DNA of 64,000 nucleotides from the IMG/VR virus record IMGVR_UViG_3300021962_005968, positions 491 through 64,490 of that record; one strand, given 5' to 3'. The position numbers were made by a program, and so were the translations under genes. Below the pieces are notes generated by a model. The model did no database searches and was not told the origin of the DNA. It saw nothing but the letters and a program-made list of their open reading frames with translations. Source of the DNA: a virus (taxonomy: Duplodnaviria > Caudoviricetes). This document shows, piece after piece, positions 30,667-40,572 of this stretch (position 1 is the first letter of the stretch; each line of letters opens with the position of its first letter).

Positions 30667-31985
30667 ATAAACAAGATATTATTAAAAGTGTTGCTGAATT
30701 TATTCAAGAGAAAAACAGCAAAAAGACTTGGGTTGCAGGCAAAGACTTCGTTAACTATGCAGGCCCATATTTTGATGAACACGAAATTACGGCGGCAGTC
30801 TCTACATTGTTAGATAGCTGGCTTGTAATGGGTGATCAATCAATAAAATTTGAGAAACAATTTCCTAAGCAATTTCAAAAGAACTTTGGAATTCTTACTA
30901 ATTCAGGATCAAGCTCTAATCTATTAATGATGTCTACGCTTACATCTAAGCGGGGATATAACTTGCCTAAAGGTACAAAGGTATTGATGCCTATTGCAGG
31001 CTTTCCCACAACATTAAATCCTACATTGCAAGTAGGGTTTGAGCCTGTATTTTTAGATATCGAATTAGACACACTTAATTTAGATTTAACTAGAGCAGAA
31101 GAATTAATTAAGAAACATGATATTAAAGTTATTACATTTGCTCACGTGTTAGGCAATCCCCCTAATATGCGTTGGGTAATGGAATTAGTTAATCGGTATG
31201 ATTTGATTTTATTAGAAGATTGTTGCGATGCGTTAGGTTCCACATATGGTGGTCAACCACTAGGATCATTTGGTGAAATGGCATCTTGCTCATTCTATCC
31301 TGCGCATCATATGACAATGGGCGAAGGCGGGTTTGTAGCATGTAAGTCGTATGAGACAGAAGTTATCCTTCGTTCATTTAGAGAATGGGGACGCGGTTGT
31401 TATTGCGTAGGACCCGAAGCTAATAAATTAAAATGTGGTTCCTGCGGCAAGAGATTTCAAGAATGGATTCCTGAAATGCCAGGAGAAATTTTTGACCATA
31501 AATATGTATATGATGAAATTGGTTATAACCTTAAACCCATCGAATTGCAAGGCGCAATGGGTATGGTACAATTAGAAAAATTGGAGACTATTCATGCCCT
31601 ACGTCGTCGTAATTATAGTTTGCTTTTTGATATCTACAGCAAGTACGAGGAGTACTTCCATTTACCTAGAGCACAAGAATACTCAGACCCAAGCTGGTTC
31701 GCGTTCCCCTTAACAATTCGTGCAGGGTCTCCGTTTAAGAGAAGCGACATTGTAGACTATCTCGAGGATAAATTAATTCAGACAAGACCTTATTTTGCTG
31801 GCAATATTATGTTACAGCCTGCATATTCACATTTGATGAATCCCGCAGAAGCACGAGATAATTTCCCTGTTGCTACAATGACAATGACTAATACTTATTT
31901 CCATGGTACAAGTCCTGTTATTACTCCTGAGCAAATTAAATATATCGGCGAAATAGTAGATAGTTTTATGAGTCTGTTTAGATAG
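30663..31985 (+). CDS. rfbH: NDP-4-keto-6-deoxyglucose 3-dehydratase (RfbH/DdhC, E1)
   Basis: Motifs NSGSSSNLL, EDCCDALG, SFYPAHHMTMGEGG, WGRGCYC (Fe-S) and DHKYVYDEIGYNLK. Confidence 0.92.
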   Translation: MNKQDIIKSVAEFIQEKNSKKTWVAGKDFVNYAGPYFDEHEITAAVSTLLDSWLVMGDQSIKFEKQFPKQFQKNFGILTNSGSSSNLLMMSTLTSKRGYNLPKGTKVLMPIAGFPTTLNPTLQVGFEPVFLDIELDTLNLDLTRAEELIKKHDIKVITFAHVLGNPPNMRWVMELVNRYDLILLEDCCDALGSTYGGQPLGSFGEMASCSFYPAHHMTMGEGGFVACKSYETEVILRSFREWGRGCYCVGPEANKLKCGSCGKRFQEWIPEMPGEIFDHKYVYDEIGYNLKPIELQGAMGMVQLEKLETIHALRRRNYSLLFDIYSKYEEYFHLPRAQEYSDPSWFAFPLTIRAGSPFKRSDIVDYLEDKLIQTRPYFAGNIMLQPAYSHLMNPAEARDNFPVATMTMTNTYFHGTSPVITPEQIKYIGEIVDSFMSLFR

Positions 31986-32050
31986 TAAATATATGGGAAA
32001 TAAATTCATGCGCCATTTCGGTGCTTAATTTTTAATTAAAGGAAAATAAA

Positions 32051-32860
32051 ATGAACTTAAAAGAACGACAAATGCTAGATATACTCAAAAAGGGTAAAAA
32101 TGAATTTGGTTATGTTGCAGTTAAAGCTGAATTTGAAGCAGAAGGTACTAGAGTAGATGAGCTATTACGTTTAATAGAATTGGCTCGTCGAGCAAATCTT
32201 AAAATTGCACTTAAGGTTGGCGGTTGTGAGGCTATGACGGATCTAATGATAGCTAAGCAAATCGGGGTTGATTATGTAATTGGGCCTATGATTGAGACTC
32301 CATATGCTTTATGGAAATTTATTGATGCAAAAAATAAAGTCTTTAACAAGGAAGAACAGGAAAGCACAGAATTCTTATATAACTTAGAAACACACACCGG
32401 TTATATCAATCGTGAAGGTATGAGCAAGCAGGCCACGGTCGAGGGGGGTGTTAACGGGGTAGTGTTTGGTCGCGTAGATTTTAGCATGAGCCGCCGAGAA
32501 GAAGGCTGGGACCGTGATGATATTAATCTGCCTAAGGTCACTGAATGTGTTTTAGACGTAGCACAGATTGCCAAGGATGCAGGTCAAGCTATTGTTGTGG
32601 GTGGCGGCATAAGTTCAGATAGTATTGATGTGCTGAAACAAATTCGGCAAATACATCTAACACGCTTTGAGACCCGTAAGATTGTGTTTGATGGATCTGC
32701 TACTGAAGTCACTGATCTTGCACAGGGATTAGTAAACGGTATTCACTTTGAACTTCTGTGGTTGCAAAACAAACGCGATTACTATGGCTCAATCTTTACT
32801 GAGGATGACAAGCGTATCAAGATGTTAGATGACCGTTGGAAAATTTTGGCCGCACAATGA
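32051..32860 (+). CDS. HpcH/HpaI aldolase / citrate lyase beta-like protein
   Basis: Motifs VKAEFEAEG, KVGGCEA, PMIETPYA, NLET and VFGRVDF. Confidence 0.75.
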   Translation: MNLKERQMLDILKKGKNEFGYVAVKAEFEAEGTRVDELLRLIELARRANLKIALKVGGCEAMTDLMIAKQIGVDYVIGPMIETPYALWKFIDAKNKVFNKEEQESTEFLYNLETHTGYINREGMSKQATVEGGVNGVVFGRVDFSMSRREEGWDRDDINLPKVTECVLDVAQIAKDAGQAIVVGGGISSDSIDVLKQIRQIHLTRFETRKIVFDGSATEVTDLAQGLVNGIHFELLWLQNKRDYYGSIFTEDDKRIKMLDDRWKILAAQ

Positions 32861-33549
32861 AAGTTCTTGTAACTGGCGCTACTCGGGGAATAGGTAAAAG
32901 TATTGCAAGTTTATTCCACCTCCAGGGACATAAAGTTATTGGTACGGGTACACCGGGTACTGCTAAACCCGATTATTTAGATTATTATTTTGAGGCAAAT
33001 TTTACTAAAAAGGATCAAGTAGAGTCGTTAGCAAGTATAATTAACGATTTGCAAATTGATGCGTTAGTTAATAATGCAGGTATTAATCGTATTAAACCTT
33101 TTCTTGAAATTACGCCCGACGATTGGAACGATCAACATATGGTTAATGTATATGCGCCATATAGATTCTGCCAAGCAGCATTACCTCATATGATTGAAAA
33201 TGGGGGACATATTGTAAATATTGCTAGCGTATGGAGTAAAATAAGTAAATCGGGAAGAGCGGCATATAGTGCAAATAAATTTGCATTAGAGGGCATGACC
33301 AAATCCTTAGCTGCAGAATTTAGTTCTCATAATATACGTATTAACTGCGTTAGTCCAGGTTTTATAGATACTGATCTTACGAGAAAAAATTTGGGAGAGG
33401 CAGGCATTAAAAAAATACTAGAGAGAGTTCCTATTAATAGGTTAGGACATACTGCTGATATTTCGGAATATGTATATTGGCTGTGTACTCAAAATAGTTA
33501 TATCACTGGGCAAAATATTGTAATTGACGGGGGATTTACCTGTGCTTGA
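32857..33549 (+). CDS. Short-chain dehydrogenase/reductase (FabG-like)
   Basis: Motifs TGATRGIG, VNNAG, YSANK and SPGFIDT. Confidence 0.92.
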   Translation: MKVLVTGATRGIGKSIASLFHLQGHKVIGTGTPGTAKPDYLDYYFEANFTKKDQVESLASIINDLQIDALVNNAGINRIKPFLEITPDDWNDQHMVNVYAPYRFCQAALPHMIENGGHIVNIASVWSKISKSGRAAYSANKFALEGMTKSLAAEFSSHNIRINCVSPGFIDTDLTRKNLGEAGIKKILERVPINRLGHTADISEYVYWLCTQNSYITGQNIVIDGGFTCA

Positions 33550-34549
33550 TTTTGAAGTAAAAAGTAAATTTGGTAATTATAACGTAGAATTTTGTAGTAT
33601 AAATACTATCAATATTGCTAAAATTGGCACTCACTTTATTATTGACAAAACTGTAGTAGACTATTATAATATAAACTTTAATAATGCTATTATTATTAAT
33701 GCAAACGAATCCGAAAAAAGCTATCAGGCGGCGGATAGTATTATAGATAATTTGGTTAAAATGAATATGCGAAGAGATAGTCATTTGATTGCAATAGGTG
33801 GGGGTATTACCCAGGATATAACTTGTTGGATTGCCTCAACTTTTATGAGAGGGATACCCTGGAGTTTTGTCCCAACTACTTTACTTGCGCAAACGGATAG
33901 TTGTATTGGTAGTAAAAGTTCAATTAATTTTAATCAATATAAAAATCTGTTAGGTACATTTAATCCTCCAAGAAATGTTTACATTGATAATAAGTTTCGT
34001 AATACATTGGAAAATCGAGATATAAAAAGCGGATTGTCGGAATTAATTAAACTTATGATAATTAATAATTGCGATAAAAAAGAAATTTTTAAAGTAGCAT
34101 CCTCTAGACCAGTTACAGATGAGCATATAGCTAAAGCATTACTCATCAAAAAATATTTTATTGAGACAGATGAATTTGATAAAGGTATTCGTAATTTATT
34201 AAATTACGGACATTGTTTTGGGCATGCAATAGAAAGTGCTAGTAACTATGATATACCGCACGGCATAGCTGTTGCAATGGGAATGGATTTAGCAAATGCA
34301 TTAACTAATAAAGAGTGGTATGATAAATACCATAACATCTTATATATTCTATATGCAGAATTTTTAGATATTTTAAATAATATAGAATTAGATAAAGTAT
34401 TTGAAGCTATGAATAAAGACAAAAAGAATATTGGTGGTAAATTAAGTATTATTGCCCCAACTAATTTTGGTTTAGAAAAACAACAATTTATAAATGATTT
34501 TAAGTTTAGAACGAAATGCATTGATATATTTAAAATGCTAAAGGATTAA
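33542..34549 (+). CDS. 3-dehydroquinate synthase-like sugar phosphate cyclase
   Basis: Motifs IGGGITQD, PTTLLAQTDSCIGSK, LNYGHCFGHAIE and HGIAV. Confidence 0.88.
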   Translation: MLDFEVKSKFGNYNVEFCSINTINIAKIGTHFIIDKTVVDYYNINFNNAIIINANESEKSYQAADSIIDNLVKMNMRRDSHLIAIGGGITQDITCWIASTFMRGIPWSFVPTTLLAQTDSCIGSKSSINFNQYKNLLGTFNPPRNVYIDNKFRNTLENRDIKSGLSELIKLMIINNCDKKEIFKVASSRPVTDEHIAKALLIKKYFIETDEFDKGIRNLLNYGHCFGHAIESASNYDIPHGIAVAMGMDLANALTNKEWYDKYHNILYILYAEFLDILNNIELDKVFEAMNKDKKNIGGKLSIIAPTNFGLEKQQFINDFKFRTKCIDIFKMLKD

Positions 34550-34551
34550 AA

Positions 34552-36330
34552 ATGCGAGTATGTGATTATATTGCTAAAAAGTTAAATGATATAGGTGTAA
34601 CTAAAGTATATGGGTTAGTTGGCGGAAGTACTGCCGGTCTAAATGATGGATTTATCAGCAATCCACATATTGACTACATTGCATTTCACCACGAACAAGG
34701 TGCAGGCCATGCTGCAGTAGGATCTGCGAGAACTAATAAGCAACTTAGTGTTTGTAATGTTACTGCAGGCTGCGGTGTAACTAATGCAATGACTAGTTTG
34801 TTAAATGCTTATGAGGAAAGTGCTCCTGTATTATTCTTAAGTGGAAATACCGGCATGTCTAATCAGGCAAAGTACATTAATAAGGAAAAAGGAATACATC
34901 TTCGTAAATATGGTATTCAAGATCTCGATGCTATTAAAACGGTTGAGGGAATTTGTAAATATTCTATAGCTATAGAAAATGCTAAAGATATACCATATGA
35001 ATTAACCAAAGCCATACATATTGCACAAGACGGGCGCCCAGGACCAGTGTGGATTGATGTTCCGGGAAATATACAGACTGCGCAAATTCCAGAAGGTTGC
35101 GAAGAATACGTTGAGGATAAAATAGACCACGCATCCAAACACATCGATGGCGCGCTGGATGCTTTACAAGTTTTATTTAAATCTGAACGCCCTGTTATTG
35201 TGGCAGGCAATGGAATTGCCCTGGGCAATGCTAGAGAATTGTTTAGAAATATTGTTGACAAATATAATATTCCTTTTGTTACGACATTTCTTTCTAGGGA
35301 TTTAATTGAATATGAACATGATCAGAATTTAGGAATGATGGGCATCAAAGGTGCACGCTCTGCAAATTTTGCATTACAAAATGCAGACTGTTTGCTTATT
35401 TTAGGTTGTTCAATGAACGTAACACATATAGGGTATGATTCAAAAACCTTTAGTCCGTATAGTACAAAAATCATGGTTGATATTGATCCTAGTGAACTTA
35501 AAAAAGATATCTTTAAAGTTGATAACGCAATTAACTGTAACGTATACGATTTTCTATATACAATGCAACTTAACCCGAGCGATTATAAATTAAACACTTG
35601 GACCAATAAATGTTTGTATTGGAAAAATAAATGGCCACTATATCAACCAGAAGTTCATCGTCCAGATATAGGGGGATTAAATCTATATGAAATTGTAGAA
35701 AGTATTAATCGTAACATGGAACCGAAGGATTGTTTTGTTGTAGACGCAGGGCAACCATGTTATATACTTTCTACTAACGGTAAGTATAAAAAAGACTGCC
35801 GTTATATGGCTCAATCTGCCCAGGGTGATATGGGGTATGCTTTGCCCGCGAGTGTCGGGGTTCACTTTGCGGATCCTAGTCTAAATATTGTTTTAGTTAT
35901 TGGAGAAGGTAGTTTTTATACTAATATGCAGGAACTTGCTGTAATCAGACAACATAATATTCCTATTAAGATTTTTGTTATTAATAACGATGGTTATATG
36001 AGTATTAAACAAACACAAAATAAAATGTTCGGCGGACGTCAATGGGGAGTTAGTAATTCAACCGGCGTATATTTTGCAGATATTTCTAAGATTGCAGATG
36101 CATTTGAAATTCCTTATTTTAAAATAACTAATAATCAAAGTTTAGACACATACATGTCGAGTGTTATGCGCGGAAATAATCCTGTTATTGTTGAGTTTAT
36201 GAGTCAGCACGAACTAGACGTACAGCCAGCACAGGCAATGAAACCAAATGGGAAACAGGGTGGTCTACATGAAATGAGTCCTTTCTTAAGTCAGGAAGAG
36301 CTTGACGCAGAGATGATTGTTAAGATATGA
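34552..36330 (+). CDS. ThDP-dependent acetolactate synthase-like carboligase (YerE-like)
   Basis: Motifs HHEQGAGHAA, RPGPVWIDVP, MGYALPASVG and GEGSFYTN...NNDGY. Confidence 0.88.
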   Translation: MRVCDYIAKKLNDIGVTKVYGLVGGSTAGLNDGFISNPHIDYIAFHHEQGAGHAAVGSARTNKQLSVCNVTAGCGVTNAMTSLLNAYEESAPVLFLSGNTGMSNQAKYINKEKGIHLRKYGIQDLDAIKTVEGICKYSIAIENAKDIPYELTKAIHIAQDGRPGPVWIDVPGNIQTAQIPEGCEEYVEDKIDHASKHIDGALDALQVLFKSERPVIVAGNGIALGNARELFRNIVDKYNIPFVTTFLSRDLIEYEHDQNLGMMGIKGARSANFALQNADCLLILGCSMNVTHIGYDSKTFSPYSTKIMVDIDPSELKKDIFKVDNAINCNVYDFLYTMQLNPSDYKLNTWTNKCLYWKNKWPLYQPEVHRPDIGGLNLYEIVESINRNMEPKDCFVVDAGQPCYILSTNGKYKKDCRYMAQSAQGDMGYALPASVGVHFADPSLNIVLVIGEGSFYTNMQELAVIRQHNIPIKIFVINNDGYMSIKQTQNKMFGGRQWGVSNSTGVYFADISKIADAFEIPYFKITNNQSLDTYMSSVMRGNNPVIVEFMSQHELDVQPAQAMKPNGKQGGLHEMSPFLSQEELDAEMIVKI

Positions 36331-37115
36331 GAATAGCCGTTTTAGGTGCAAAGGGTTTTGTTGGGCGAAACCTTGCGAGACATTTAATAAGCAATCACCA
36401 TGTGACTCCTGTAACCAGGGACATATTAGATATGCTTAATCCTAATGCGGTTACAATGTTTTTAAAAGAAGGACACTTTGATGTAGTTATCAATTGTGCG
36501 GCAATTATGACTAATGACGAGTTATTAAATGATGCTAGAAATAACCTAAGTATCTTTATGAACTTCTATAATAATAGAGAATTATTTGGTAAATTTATTA
36601 ATACTGCGTCGGGCGCGGAGTTTGATAGGTCCACAAATATTGATTGTGCAATAGAATCGGATATTTTTAATCATATGCCTAAAGACAGTTACGGTTGGGG
36701 GCAAAATATAAAAGCAAGATTGTCTGCAAAAACTGATAATTTTTATAATATTCGTATCTTTAATTGTTTTGGATATGGCGAATTAGAAACAAGATTGTTT
36801 TCACGATTTCTAAAACAAAGATATCTAGAAATTAGTAACGATAGATATTTTGATTATTTTAGTATAAATGATTTATGTAAAGTAGTTGATTATTATATAA
36901 AGCAAACATTGCCAATCAGTGATGTTAATGCTGTTTATGAAAATAAAATTAAAATTAGTGAGGCATTAGAACTGTTTTGCAAAGTTTGTAACATAGAACC
37001 AACCTTCAAAGTTATCAGTACTAGTTTTAATAACTACACTGGGAGTAGTTCGAGGTTAAAAACTTTGGGAATTGAACTGGATGGTTTAGAAAAAGGGTTT
37101 GAGGATTATATATGA
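36327..37115 (+). CDS. NAD-dependent epimerase/reductase
   Basis: VLGAKGFVG Rossmann motif and SGAEFD. Confidence 0.8.
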   Translation: MRIAVLGAKGFVGRNLARHLISNHHVTPVTRDILDMLNPNAVTMFLKEGHFDVVINCAAIMTNDELLNDARNNLSIFMNFYNNRELFGKFINTASGAEFDRSTNIDCAIESDIFNHMPKDSYGWGQNIKARLSAKTDNFYNIRIFNCFGYGELETRLFSRFLKQRYLEISNDRYFDYFSINDLCKVVDYYIKQTLPISDVNAVYENKIKISEALELFCKVCNIEPTFKVISTSFNNYTGSSSRLKTLGIELDGLEKGFEDYI

Positions 37116-38059
37116 AAATACTTTATGTTACAGGGTGTTTAGGGTTTATAGGTTATCATGTAACTAAAAAATTCTTAGATAAAGGCCACTATGTTTATGG
37201 TATAGATAGTAAAACGTATGCTAGTAATAAAGACTTCCTTTATAAATTACTAGAATATAAAAATTTTACATTTGGCGGGTGCGATATAAACGATATCGAC
37301 CGCTTGGTTGACTGTGACTACTTTATTAATACTGCCGCAGAGACACATGTGGACAATAGTATTGTCAGCTCAGATGTTTTTCTGCGTAGCAACATCAACG
37401 GAGTTCATAAGATATTAGAACTCATCAAACAAAAACCAAAATCAAGAAGACCGACATTACTACACTTCAGTACCGATGAAGTGTATGGCGATATTGTAGA
37501 TGGTTTTCATACTGAAACAGATTTACTAAAACCAAGCAATCCCTATTCGGCAACAAAAGCAGCAGCTGATATGTTGGTAAGTGCCTGGGCAAGAACATAT
37601 GACGTTCCCTATGTTATTGTTAGACCAACTAATAATTATGGTATAGGTCAATATGTTGAGAAGTTCATTCCTAAAGCAATAAAGAATTTGTCTTTAGGTC
37701 GACCTATTATAATGCACGATAATGGGTCCCCGAAGAGAACTTGGTTGCACGTGTCCGATACAGCAAACGCAGTATTGACAATTATTGAATCAGGTGTTGT
37801 AAACGAGACCTATAATATTTCAGGCAACTATGAAGAACAAAATATTGTTGTTGCTAAGCATTTAATAGATTTGTTCTCCAATTATACTGTTACAACCTAT
37901 CTGAAATATATGGATTTTTCAGAGAAACGTATAGGTCAAGATGTTAGATATGCTATAGATGATTCGAAACTAAAAGCATTAGGATGGAAACCTGAAGCAG
38001 ACTTTGGTAAAGAATTAATTGAGATTGTTAAGTATTATAAAGAAAATTTCATATGGTAA
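37112..38059 (+). CDS. rmlB: dTDP-glucose 4,6-dehydratase-like
   Basis: Motifs AAETHVDNSI, FSTDEVYG, YSATKAAAD and NNYG. Confidence 0.88.
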   Translation: MKILYVTGCLGFIGYHVTKKFLDKGHYVYGIDSKTYASNKDFLYKLLEYKNFTFGGCDINDIDRLVDCDYFINTAAETHVDNSIVSSDVFLRSNINGVHKILELIKQKPKSRRPTLLHFSTDEVYGDIVDGFHTETDLLKPSNPYSATKAAADMLVSAWARTYDVPYVIVRPTNNYGIGQYVEKFIPKAIKNLSLGRPIIMHDNGSPKRTWLHVSDTANAVLTIIESGVVNETYNISGNYEEQNIVVAKHLIDLFSNYTVTTYLKYMDFSEKRIGQDVRYAIDDSKLKALGWKPEADFGKELIEIVKYYKENFIW

Positions 38060-38754
38060 AGAAGATTATATCATTAAGCGTTTGGGGCAATGATTCTAGA
38101 TATATTACAGGCGCAAATCGACAATATGCTTTGGCAAAACAGTTCTATCCTGATTGGGAATTTAGAATTTACACAGATGACAAAAACAAATTCGCCAATT
38201 TAACAGATGCCAATATTATAGAAGTGACCGATGGTTCATATGGTATGTACTGGCGATTCCGAGCAATGTTTGAAGATGAAAACAATATTGTAATTGTTCG
38301 AGATTCTGATAGCAGAATTACTTTCAGAGAACATCGAGCAGTCAATCAATGGTTAGAATCTGATAAGAAGTTTCACACATTCCGAGATCACGAAGCACAT
38401 TTTGAATTTCCTATTATCGGATGTGCATTTGGATACAAAGGTAAATTTGGAACACCTATATTAAATTTAATGAATTCTTATACAACAAAATTAAATTATT
38501 ATGTAGGTGATCAAATATTTTTAAAAGAAGTCATTTGGCCGTTAGTTGAAGATAGCGCAATGATCCATTGCATGAAGGATGGATGGTTCAAAGAAACAAG
38601 AGCACAATTAGCCAATCCATACGATTTTTGTGGTAACGGATATGACGAAAATGATATGCCGTTATATCCACCTACACTAGCAGAATGCGCAGGATTTGAT
38701 CCTAAGAATACCCCTAAAGAATTTAAATTTAACAAAGGCATTTTAACACAATGA
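38053..38754 (+). CDS. Glycosyltransferase-like hypothetical protein
   Basis: IISLSVWG...YWRF...IVRDSDSR (DxD) and DQIFL. Confidence 0.55.
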   Translation: MVKKIISLSVWGNDSRYITGANRQYALAKQFYPDWEFRIYTDDKNKFANLTDANIIEVTDGSYGMYWRFRAMFEDENNIVIVRDSDSRITFREHRAVNQWLESDKKFHTFRDHEAHFEFPIIGCAFGYKGKFGTPILNLMNSYTTKLNYYVGDQIFLKEVIWPLVEDSAMIHCMKDGWFKETRAQLANPYDFCGNGYDENDMPLYPPTLAECAGFDPKNTPKEFKFNKGILTQ

Positions 38755-39545
38755 AAAGCTATTTTATTACTCCCGTATTCAATAAAGAGAATATGATTGG
38801 GAAAGTACTTGAAGGAATCGCGCAATCCGTTGCAGGTGATTATACTGCAATTTTTATTATTGATGGATGCACTGACAACAGCTTAGAAGTTATTAAAAGC
38901 TATAACAATCCAAATGTTATTATATTGCACGCACCGAATGTTCATGAGATTAAAAGTCTAAACATTGGTCTATCCTACATTAGAGATAATTGTAACCCAG
39001 ACCCAGATGACTTAATCTTCACAGTGCAAGATGATGTAATCATCGAAGAAGAAAATATTGATATACTATTTGCTAATTTGTTTGAAGAATATACTGATCT
39101 CGGTTATATGTCTTTTAGACTAGGCATTAGTATGCAGTTAGCAGGCGATGGGATTTCCGAATATAATTTTGCAGAGTCTGAGTTCGGCCATTGGAAACAA
39201 TTGGGAATGAATCATTTTCAAGAAATTAAACACGGTGAATTAGTTGAAGCCGAAGCAGTTATTAGAAGTCCGACCTGTGTACTATGGAAGCGATATCAGG
39301 AAATAGGATTCTATAATGATGATCTTGCACCATGCGGTTACGACTGCCAAGATTTTAGTATTCGTATGAATATGCACGGTTATCGCAATGGAGTGTATGC
39401 TTTAAAATATAGAAGCGATATTGATTGGGGTTCGACAAGAGAAAAATCTGAAACAGAAGTTAATTCTAAAATAGGACAGATTCAAGAACGTAATAGACAA
39501 TATTTGGCAAAAACATATAGAAATTATTTTGAGGGAAAACGATGA
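38751..39545 (+). CDS. GT2 glycosyltransferase
   Basis: Motifs ITPVFNKE, IIDGCTDNS and QDD. Confidence 0.8.
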   Translation: MKSYFITPVFNKENMIGKVLEGIAQSVAGDYTAIFIIDGCTDNSLEVIKSYNNPNVIILHAPNVHEIKSLNIGLSYIRDNCNPDPDDLIFTVQDDVIIEEENIDILFANLFEEYTDLGYMSFRLGISMQLAGDGISEYNFAESEFGHWKQLGMNHFQEIKHGELVEAEAVIRSPTCVLWKRYQEIGFYNDDLAPCGYDCQDFSIRMNMHGYRNGVYALKYRSDIDWGSTREKSETEVNSKIGQIQERNRQYLAKTYRNYFEGKR

Positions 39546-40267
39546 GTAAAGTGACTATTATAACAGCAACAACTGGTTCTGATTATCTTCACGATAATAT
39601 TAAATCAGTTCAATTGCAGACACATAAAGATGTTCAACATCTGATTGTGGTTGACGGCGAAGAACATTTTGAAAAGGTTGCTGCTATATTAGCGGAACAT
39701 GATTTTCCAAATATAGATATGGTTGTTCTACCTTACGCTACGGGCAAAGAACAATATAATGGTCATCGAATTTATGGCGGGTTTACACATATTGCCAAAG
39801 GCGACTACATTGGTTACCTTGATGAAGATAACTGGTTAGAGCCAGAACATGTGGAAGTATTACTTGATACTGTAAAAGATAATCAATGGGCAGCAACCTT
39901 GCGTAAAATCGTAGATAATGAAGGTAAGTTCATTTGTAATGATGATTGCGAAAGTCTGTGTAATTGGGAATCGGTTATCCGAGATTATTTTGTAGATGTA
40001 AATTGTTTCTTTTTCTCTAAACCACTTGCACTTCAATTAAGTCCTATTTGGTATAGACGTGCAAGACATCCAGACGATCAACCTGAAGTAGATCGAGCAT
40101 TGACGTACACGCTAAAAGATAATAAAATAGTATGTGAGGTGACGGGAAAGTATACTGTAAACTACAGAGCAGGAAATAGAGCAGATTCGGTTCAAGCTAA
40201 ATTTTTCCTGCAAGGCAATGAAATAATGAAACAAAAATATAATGGAGCGCTACCATGGCGGAAATAG
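39542..40267 (+). CDS. GT2 glycosyltransferase
   Basis: Motifs SVQLQT, LIVVDG and GDYIGYLDEDNW. Confidence 0.8.
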   Translation: MSKVTIITATTGSDYLHDNIKSVQLQTHKDVQHLIVVDGEEHFEKVAAILAEHDFPNIDMVVLPYATGKEQYNGHRIYGGFTHIAKGDYIGYLDEDNWLEPEHVEVLLDTVKDNQWAATLRKIVDNEGKFICNDDCESLCNWESVIRDYFVDVNCFFFSKPLALQLSPIWYRRARHPDDQPEVDRALTYTLKDNKIVCEVTGKYTVNYRAGNRADSVQAKFFLQGNEIMKQKYNGALPWRK

Positions 40268-40572
40268 ACTACAAATATAATGAAGGTGAGTTAATTAAAG
40301 AATTTCAAGAATACATTGATGCAACATACGGCCAACATTATTCAATGAATAGATTCCAGGCATCTGAGTTTATTATTGATAATGGACATGGTGTAGGATT
40401 TACTGCAGGCAATGTAATGAAATACGTACAACGATATGGCAAAAAAGCCGGTCGTAACAGACAAGACTTGTTAAAGGTTCTACACTACGCATTGATGTTG
40501 TTATATGTGCATGATCTTGAAACAGGCAAAGGCAATACTGATAATTTTGAAATCCGTAAGGTAAATAAATGA
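40255..40572 (+). CDS. DUF3310-like (T7 gp1.7-related) phage protein
   Basis: TYGQHYS...GFTAGNVMKYVQRYGKKAG..DLLKVLHY. Confidence 0.75.
   Translation: MAEIDYKYNEGELIKEFQEYIDATYGQHYSMNRFQASEFIIDNGHGVGFTAGNVMKYVQRYGKKAGRNRQDLLKVLHYALMLLYVHDLETGKGNTDNFEIRKVNK

Noticed and set aside
31984-32030. Mini-ORF MGNKFMRHFGA whose start resembles the tRNA-array leader
   Set aside because: The similarity is limited to a short AT-rich stretch, there is no terminator/antiterminator pair, and the late box is imperfect.
33542-36330. aroB and ilvB as amino-acid biosynthesis AMGs
   Set aside because: They are embedded among NDP-sugar genes with no other shikimate or branched-chain amino-acid genes, so sugar-tailoring roles fit better.
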